A stretch of 64,000 bases of DNA from Candidatus Altarchaeum sp. (lineage in GTDB: Archaea; Altiarchaeota; Altiarchaeia; Altiarchaeales; Altiarchaeaceae), in contig JAGWDQ010000060.1 of NCBI GenBank assembly GCA_018260615.1, positions 1,981-65,980 on the forward strand, given 5' to 3'. This document shows, piece after piece, positions 58,192 to 64,000 of the stretch (within the stretch, counting starts at the first letter, position 1; every line of letters begins with the position of its first letter). Below the pieces are notes generated by a model that saw only the letters and a list, made by a program, of their open reading frames with translations, was not told the origin of the DNA and ran no database searches. Both the position numbers and the translations under genes were made by a program.

Positions 58192-58290
58192 CTCACACAA
58201 AGTCACAAAGTCACAGAGTGTATTTCCTCTTTGTGTCTCGGTGTCTCCATGTGAGGATAATAAAACGAACTTTCCTGTATTATAAAAAAT
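58192..58290 (+). repeat. Repeat family R1, copy c
   Basis: Starts 7 nt after the nadX stop and is near-identical to copy a. Confidence 0.85.
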
Positions 58291-58519
58291 ATATAAAAAA
58301 TATATAAAAATGCCAGATTCATTAATTGAAGAACTACCTAAAACAGTAGCACAAGGAAAAAAAGAAACGCAGAGGATATTAGATAATATCTCAACAAGAA
58401 ACAGAATTTAATTATTTGTATTCTAAATAGTAATTTGTTATAACTTTAAAAATTTATTTTGTTTGTCATCAAAATTATTTGTATGATTTAGAAATTTTCA
58501 TTTTAAAAAAATAGAGATA

Positions 58520-59116
58520 ATGAATAATTTGTTTAATGATTTGGAAGATGACGAAAGAATCGTGATTTATGCACTTGGAGCTTTAAATAACACTCCTATA
58601 AGAAGTAAAATAAAAATTCAAAAATTACTTTTCCTGATTTCAAATGTATTTAAGAAATATAAAGACCTTCTTGAATTTGAGCCACACTTATTTGGTCCAT
58701 ATAGTGAGAGATTAGAATATATTGTCCAGGATATTCAAAAATTAGGACTGATTGAAATTGAAGGCAGTAAATATAAATTAACTCAAAAGGGCTTTGATTT
58801 ATACCTGCATCTAAAACCAAAGAAAGACTTATTGAAGGTTATAGAAGACTTCAAGGACTTTTTAAATGATCTGCCAGATGATGAGATATTAGCATTTATA
58901 TATGTTTCCTATCCCAAATATATTGGAGAGTCAGCTAAATGGGATGATCTAAAAAAAGACTGCGTTGAAATTGCAATCTCTTTGTTAAAAAAGGAAAAGG
59001 TTAGCTTTGGAAAAGCTGTGGAAATTTCCGGATTATCTTCTTTTGACTTTGAAGAGTTGCTGAAAAAAAAGAATATAAAATGGAAAAAAATAACCTCACT
59101 TTGTTCGGATATTTAA
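58520..59116 (+). CDS. Fusion protein: SocA/Panacea-like N-terminal region, wHTH-like segment and UPF0175-like antitoxin C-terminus
   Basis: KIQKLLFLISNVF...FEPHLFGPYSE is Panacea-like. KLGLIEIEGSKYKLTQKG is wHTH-like. VSFGKAVEISGLSSFDFEELLKKKNI is UPF0175-like. Confidence 0.6.
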   Translation: MNNLFNDLEDDERIVIYALGALNNTPIRSKIKIQKLLFLISNVFKKYKDLLEFEPHLFGPYSERLEYIVQDIQKLGLIEIEGSKYKLTQKGFDLYLHLKPKKDLLKVIEDFKDFLNDLPDDEILAFIYVSYPKYIGESAKWDDLKKDCVEIAISLLKKEKVSFGKAVEISGLSSFDFEELLKKKNIKWKKITSLCSDI

Positions 59117-59130
59117 AAATAAATTTTTAA

Positions 59131-59691
59131 ATGACTACCAAGATTTTTGATAATACTGTAATTAGTTCAAGCATAAATGAAATTGAAAGTATAAATCTAA
59201 TAGAGAAATGTTTAGAACGATATTCGATAGTTACCTCTATTGAAGTATATGAGGAGACAAAAAAAGGATTTCCTGAACAATCCAAAGAGAGTTATAAAAA
59301 AATAAGTATTTTTGATTTGAAGGATAACAAGTTGTTTGCTATTTTAATAGAATACTTATCAGATAGATATCCTTACTTGCATAAAGGCGAACTATCCTCT
59401 TTTTTAGTATCTCTTATTGAGTATGAAATGAAGGATAAAGAATACTATTTTGTAACAGATGACAACAGGATGAGAAAAGCAATTTCAAAGATATTTGAGG
59501 ATAACTTATTTGTCTCTAAACTAACTCATAAACCTTTAAAATTTAATATGACGGGAACGGTTGGATTACTAAAAAGGCTTTGCCAACGAAATATTCTAAC
59601 AAAAAAGGATGTTGAAAAAGTAATAGCTGATTTAGAAAATAGTTCATTTTATATAACTCCGGAACTAATCAAATATTTAAAAGCGTGTTAA
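59131..59691 (+). CDS. DUF3368-type PIN-domain protein (usual partner of UPF0175)
   Basis: IFDNTVISSSIN...LIEK, SIEVYEETKKG, HKGELSSF, VTDDNRMRKAI and GTVGLLKRLCQRNILTKKD follow the DUF3368 pattern. Confidence 0.7.
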   Translation: MTTKIFDNTVISSSINEIESINLIEKCLERYSIVTSIEVYEETKKGFPEQSKESYKKISIFDLKDNKLFAILIEYLSDRYPYLHKGELSSFLVSLIEYEMKDKEYYFVTDDNRMRKAISKIFEDNLFVSKLTHKPLKFNMTGTVGLLKRLCQRNILTKKDVEKVIADLENSSFYITPELIKYLKAC

Positions 59692-59692
59692 T

Positions 59693-60775
59693 ATGAAAAT
59701 AAATGTAAAACTTGACAATTTTGATGAAGAATTGATGTTTAAAAGATTTAATTTAAAAGTAGGAGATAAACAAATAGTTACTCCAATAAAGGCAAGTTAC
59801 AAACTAAATCCTGTAAGCAGTATAAATGAGATATACAAAAAGTTTGATTTCAATAAAATAAACAAGTGTATTACTAATGAAGGATTTGAAAGGATGGTTA
59901 ATGCGGATGTCAAAAAAGATATGACTTCTGGAATTAATATTTGCTTAATTGAATATAATGCTTTTGAAATGCCTGATGATAAGCAAATTGAAGTTTTATC
60001 AGACTTACAATATGAACATAGTGATATTGTTGTAACGCCAATTTTATCAAAAATAACTCGTGAATTAACAGAAGATAAACTTTTGAACTCTTTCAATACA
60101 ATCACAAATAAATATATGGAGATAGTTGAAACATTAAATCATAAAAGCATAGTGGGGATTATACCTTCCAGGATGCCAAGACAATTTTTAGAACCCATAA
60201 TAAAGAATTACAAATCAAAAAACATTACTTCATTCGTTATAGATTTTGATGGAAGATCTGTTGACACAAATGAAAGTTGGATAAGAAAGCTTTTCAGGTT
60301 ACTGAAAGATAATGATTTACTGGAAGAATCTTTTCTTTATTCTATCAATGCTAACACAGGTAAATTTATGAAACAAACAAACGAAATATTAGCAAAGGAT
60401 TTTATTTGCAGCGGTTTCGGGATAGATATTTTAGGGCTGAATCATATTCCGCCAAGAATGCCTTCCGAAGCATGGACTAAAATTAAACAACAAAGAAGAG
60501 AAAATACATTTAGAATGTTTAATAGAAATTCTTATGGCTATTTGAAAAGAACAGAAACAGAACTAAAAAACGAGGGAATAAACAATCGTGAGGATAGAAA
60601 TAATTTCAATATTACTGAACAATTCAATGAATCAAAAGTCCTGCAATTAAAATTAAAAGAAGAGAATAGCATAGAGCCATATATAAGAACAAAATCACAA
60701 GTTACAGAAAATATTATAAAGCAGATTAAAAAAATCAGAAAGGACGTATTCAAAGGAACTAATTTATATTTTTAA
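59693..60775 (+). CDS. Hypothetical protein, 360 aa, no family recognised
   Basis: The start is 1 nt after the PIN stop. An alternating strand/helix pattern (IVVTPIL, VGIIPSR, TSFVIDFDGRS, LYSINAN, SGFGIDILG) suggests an alpha/beta barrel-like fold. Confidence 0.6.
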   Translation: MKINVKLDNFDEELMFKRFNLKVGDKQIVTPIKASYKLNPVSSINEIYKKFDFNKINKCITNEGFERMVNADVKKDMTSGINICLIEYNAFEMPDDKQIEVLSDLQYEHSDIVVTPILSKITRELTEDKLLNSFNTITNKYMEIVETLNHKSIVGIIPSRMPRQFLEPIIKNYKSKNITSFVIDFDGRSVDTNESWIRKLFRLLKDNDLLEESFLYSINANTGKFMKQTNEILAKDFICSGFGIDILGLNHIPPRMPSEAWTKIKQQRRENTFRMFNRNSYGYLKRTETELKNEGINNREDRNNFNITEQFNESKVLQLKLKEENSIEPYIRTKSQVTENIIKQIKKIRKDVFKGTNLYF

Positions 60776-60781
60776 TCTAAA

Positions 60782-60991
60782 ATGAACGACAAACAAAAGG
60801 AAATTTTATACTGGGCTTTGGGAATAGTATTTGCAATTGCATTTGTTGTAGTATTTGTTTATATTTTATATCACCCCGAAATTGACTTTTTGATCCAGAT
60901 TTTTCTTATGGTTATAACATCTCTTATATCTTCGTATTTTTTGAGTTTGGCATATCAGTATCACAAAATAAATAAAATTTCAAAGAAATGA
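60782..60991 (+). CDS. Small two-TM membrane protein (69 aa)
   Basis: Two hydrophobic helices. It lies 6 nt after the previous gene, and its stop overlaps the next start in ATGA. Confidence 0.5.
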   Translation: MNDKQKEILYWALGIVFAIAFVVVFVYILYHPEIDFLIQIFLMVITSLISSYFLSLAYQYHKINKISKK

Positions 60992-61482
60992 AAATTTTAT
61001 GGTGCATTACAGGTGCGGGGCAGTTTTTAAAGGAATGTGTTGAAATTTTGGACAAAAACAATGATGTAAAGACGGTGGCAATTTCGGAAGCGGGAGAGGA
61101 TGTCCTGAAAATGTATGGAATTAAACCAAAGACAGAACATAAAATTTTGGAAAAAGAGCAGGGTAAGGCATTTCCATTTTGCGGAAAGGTTTGTAAAGGC
61201 GATTATGATTTGATTATTGCCGCTCCTGTTACATCAAATACCGTTGCAAAACTTGCTTACGGGATTTCCGATTCTTTGATTACCGTAATAATTACGCAGG
61301 CAATAAAATCGGCAATTCCGGTTTATTTGTTGCCCACAGATATTTCGGAGGGGTATTCAATAACGCCAAAGGGGAGGAAAATTTATGTGAAAGTAAGGGA
61401 AATAGATAAAAAGAATATTGAAAGAATAGCAAAACAGGGAATTAAAATTTTAAAAAGTCCGGAAGAAATTAAAAATTTGTAA
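60988..61482 (+). CDS. Flavoprotein-family protein (AfpA/HFCD-like)
   Basis: MKILWCITGAGQFL and APVTSNTVAKLAYGISDSLIT are typical of the PF02441-type flavoprotein fold. Confidence 0.7.
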   Translation: MKILWCITGAGQFLKECVEILDKNNDVKTVAISEAGEDVLKMYGIKPKTEHKILEKEQGKAFPFCGKVCKGDYDLIIAAPVTSNTVAKLAYGISDSLITVIITQAIKSAIPVYLLPTDISEGYSITPKGRKIYVKVREIDKKNIERIAKQGIKILKSPEEIKNL

Positions 61483-61499
61483 TTGTTTAGATAATATTA

Positions 61500-61620
61500 T
61501 CAAAAATTCACCGCAGAGGCGCGGAGAACGCAGAGGAATTTTTAAATCTATAAGATCTAAAATCTCATAGCAACAGCGAGGTGACCGCTCTGTCTCTGCG
61601 GTGCTAAACAAATATAAAAA
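61500..61620. repeat. GC-richer long hairpin (caccgcagag ... ctctgcggtg) with a hairpin-tail unit in its loop, plus the shared tail ggtgctaaacaaata
   Basis: A 10-bp perfect inverted repeat flanks ..atagcaacagcgaggtgac... The right half recurs at about 48066-48100. Confidence 0.6.
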
Positions 61621-61624
61621 TTTA

Positions 61625-61757
61625 ATTATAGTAAATTTATCAACTTTAAGTTCGCTTCGCTCTCATATTTCAAATTCTCTGCGAATTTGAAATTGCTTAA
61701 ATTTACTATACTCGTGAATTCACTTCAAAGGTATCAAAAGTTAGTGAATTCACTATA
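61625..61757 (+). repeat. 133-bp structured interspersed repeat (family R2), copy b
   Basis: Near-identical to 18771-18903. It ends 3 nt before the K+ channel start codon. Confidence 0.85.
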
Positions 61758-61760
61758 AAA

Positions 61761-62114
61761 ATGAATAACGAGGTTAAAAGTGAAAGAATAAGAATATTTG
61801 TTGTAGTCTTTTTAATCGGAATTTTGTTGATTATAGGAACCTTTACATATCATGATCTGGAGGGTTGGGATTATGTTGATTCGTTTTATTTTTCAGTAGT
61901 GTCTTTAACTTCCGCAGGTTACGGAGATATTTGCCCGACAACAGAAATTAGTAAAATTTTTACATCGTTTTATCTTTTATTTGGTGTTTCAATATTCTTT
62001 TACAGGCTTTTTATAATCGGAGAACATGTAATCAACAAGAGAATGGGCAGATTAGAGAAAATGATGCAAAGAAAGGTAAAGGAAGAAAATGAGGAAAGTA
62101 AAAATAAGATATAA
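61761..62114 (+). CDS. Two-TM potassium channel (pore-only, KcsA-like)
   Basis: Selectivity filter TSAGYGD between two hydrophobic helices. 117 aa. Confidence 0.8.
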   Translation: MNNEVKSERIRIFVVVFLIGILLIIGTFTYHDLEGWDYVDSFYFSVVSLTSAGYGDICPTTEISKIFTSFYLLFGVSIFFYRLFIIGEHVINKRMGRLEKMMQRKVKEENEESKNKI

Positions 62115-62160
62115 TGGAGTTGAATTGCATTTTTAACTACACATTTCTCCGTTCTGATTT

Positions 62161-62565
62161 TTATTTACTCCAATTTTGTATCTCTAATTCTTCAATTTGT
62201 TGAAAATGCTTCTCATTTCCTGTGACCAAAACAAGATTATTGGCCAATGCTATGCCGGCAATTAAAATGTCAATATCATCAATCAAATATCCGGTTTTGC
62301 GTAAATTTGCATAAATATCACCGGAAATTGAAATGGACTGAATAGTTAAAGGTAAAATATTGCTGTAATTAGCAAAATTTAAAAAATGATTGAGTTGCTT
62401 ATGGGCATCTCTGTATTTTAACCCGGATAGGATTTCATAATAGGTGACAATACTAAAATTGATGCTTTCGTATTCTTTAAGGTATTTTTTGAACTTATCT
62501 ACTACCTGATGATGTTCCCGAAAAAACAAGGACAAAATATCCGTATCAACTAAAACATGTTTCAT
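62161..62565 (-). CDS. vapC: PIN-domain toxin VapC
   Basis: VLVDTDILSLFF, YYEILSG, DILIAGIALANNLVLVTGNEKHF. Confidence 0.85.
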   Translation of the reverse strand: MKHVLVDTDILSLFFREHHQVVDKFKKYLKEYESINFSIVTYYEILSGLKYRDAHKQLNHFLNFANYSNILPLTIQSISISGDIYANLRKTGYLIDDIDILIAGIALANNLVLVTGNEKHFQQIEELEIQNWSK

Positions 62566-62807
62566 CTTTCTCTGCTTAAAAATGCCTGTTTACGGCGTTC
62601 TCCTATTTCTTTGGTAAAACTATTAAATTTTTCATCAGGCATATCTTTCCAGCAACCTGCAAATTCCAGGATTTTATTCGTGTCTGACTTAGATCTTTCT
62701 AATCCTACCCTGAAAAAATGAATAATATCATAAACAGCATTTAGTTTCTCCAAAGGAATAAGGCAGATTTCATTCATAACCTTTTCCTGTAATGGATATG
62801 ATTCCAT
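62562..62807 (-). CDS. VapC-partner antitoxin
   Basis: 4-nt overlap with vapC. The FAGCWKDMPDEKFNSF...RRKQAF motif is typical of this antitoxin family. Confidence 0.65.
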   Translation of the reverse strand: MESYPLQEKVMNEICLIPLEKLNAVYDIIHFFRVGLERSKSDTNKILEFAGCWKDMPDEKFNSFTKEIGERRKQAFLSRER

Positions 62808-62890
62808 TCTTTTTAATTTAATTAATAAATAGGAAAATTAAATTAAGATATTAAGTAAATTAAAAACCAATAAATAACAAAGTTGATAAA

Positions 62891-63910
62891 ATGAAAGAAG
62901 CGATGCTTTATGAAAAATTAGCGAAAGGAAAAAATTTGGTAAAATGTAATTTGTGCAATCATCATTGTGTAATTGCCGATGGAAAAAGAGGAATCTGTGG
63001 CGTGAGAGAAAACAAAAACGGAACTTTATATTCTTTAAATTATGGAAAAATTATTGCTCATAATGTTGACCCGATTGAGAAGAAGCCGTTTTTTCACTTT
63101 TTTCCCGGAAGTGAGGCACTTTCAATTTCAGGCGAGGGATGTAATTTTTCCTGCAAACACTGTCAGAACTGGGAAATTTCGCAATTAGTCAGGGAAAGGA
63201 AAGAAATTTACGGGGAAAATTTTAAGCCAGAAGAAATTGTTGAGATGGCAAAAAAATATAACTGCAAAAGCATTTCATATACTTATACCTCACCCACGAT
63301 ATTTTTTGAATTTGCCTATGAGACAGCAAAAATAGCAAAAAAAGAAAAAATTTATAATAATTTTGTGTCAAACGGATATATGAGCGAGCAAACGATAAAT
63401 TTAATGAGCGGACTGATTGATGCGGTAAATGTTGATATTAAGGGATTTACCGAAAAATTTTACAGAGAAATTTGCGGTGCTTCACTTGAAAAATTGCTGA
63501 ATTCGGTTAAATTGCTGAAGAAAACAGGAATGTGGATTGAAATTACAACATTGCTCATTCCGACCTTAAACGATGGTGAGGAACAAATTAAAGGAGTTAT
63601 TGAGTTTGTTAAAGATGAACTTGGGAAGGAAACACCTTTGCACTTTTCGCTGTTTTATCCTTACTATAAACTGGTACATCTTCCTCCGACACCAGTTGAA
63701 ACGGCAAGAAAGGCGAGAGAGATGGCTTTGGAATCCGGTTTGAGATATGTTTATACGGGAAATTATCCTGGTGATGAAGGTGAAAATACTTATTGCTATA
63801 ATTGTAAAAATTTACTTATAAAGCGATGCGGATTTATGGTTGAGAAAAATTTAACTGAAAAAGGAAGGTGTCCTCACTGCGGGGCAAAGATTGACGGGAT
63901 TTTTGAATAA
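62891..63910 (+). CDS. amrS: AmmeMemoRadiSam system radical SAM enzyme
   Basis: CNFSCKHCQNWEIS radical-SAM cluster, N-terminal CNLCNHHC...CGVR, and a C-terminal CYNC...CPHCG zinc ribbon. Confidence 0.88.
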   Translation: MKEAMLYEKLAKGKNLVKCNLCNHHCVIADGKRGICGVRENKNGTLYSLNYGKIIAHNVDPIEKKPFFHFFPGSEALSISGEGCNFSCKHCQNWEISQLVRERKEIYGENFKPEEIVEMAKKYNCKSISYTYTSPTIFFEFAYETAKIAKKEKIYNNFVSNGYMSEQTINLMSGLIDAVNVDIKGFTEKFYREICGASLEKLLNSVKLLKKTGMWIEITTLLIPTLNDGEEQIKGVIEFVKDELGKETPLHFSLFYPYYKLVHLPPTPVETARKAREMALESGLRYVYTGNYPGDEGENTYCYNCKNLLIKRCGFMVEKNLTEKGRCPHCGAKIDGIFE

Positions 63911-64000
63911 TATGAAATCACTTTGAAAATACTAAAATATAAAATAAGATATGGTGCAGATACCGCAGAATATTTTGGATGTTGTTGTTTTCACAGTTTA

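Noticed and set aside
58310-58411. 33-codon ORF MPDSLIEELPKTVAQGKKETQRILDNISTRNRI*, reminiscent of the N-terminus of some adenine-specific DNA methyltransferases.
   Set aside because: It is far too short, has no catalytic motifs downstream in any frame, and the resemblance is from memory only. At best it is a gene remnant.

Overview
Strongly AT-rich archaeal chromosomal segment; no GC content was computed and no database search was run. The archaeal assignment rests on SMC, three FtsZ cores, proteasome alpha, aIF2-alpha, SBDS, Sec61-beta, type II 3-dehydroquinate synthase, geranylgeranyl reductases with a partner ferredoxin, an Lhr helicase and an AmmeMemoRadiSam radical SAM enzyme. Lineage cannot be fixed from sequence alone, but the biosynthetic genes ilvB, nadX, moeA, aroB-prime and glmS argue against a highly reduced symbiont. 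I saw no rRNA, tRNA or CRISPR array. Housekeeping genes are interleaved with many toxin-antitoxin or defence modules: six PIN genes, an orphan MNT, an AbiEii/AbiEi pair and a Panacea/UPF0175-PIN module. There are also several families of short structured intergenic repeats and perfect tandem repeats. Main second-look items: (1) five ATGA-coupled tandem paralogs of an unrecognised membrane-protein family at 27.3-32.0 kb, next to a GT2-TPR gene. (2) Small accessory cassettes inserted exactly at the ends of housekeeping genes, bracketed by diverged duplicate copies of that gene end and carrying no integrase. (3) An 832-codon covalent FtsZ-FtsZ fusion with a Q/P-rich linker, followed by a third ftsZ. 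(4) A tightly packed operon with a Panacea-wHTH-UPF0175 fusion, a DUF3368-type PIN and an unknown 360-aa protein. (5) A 784-aa TPR/MBL protein with a perfect 3 x 90-bp internal repeat. (6) REP-like hairpin-plus-tail repeat arrays whose stems differ but remain complementary. All functional calls come from motif recognition by eye on the supplied translations, and repeat coordinates are approximate to a few bp.
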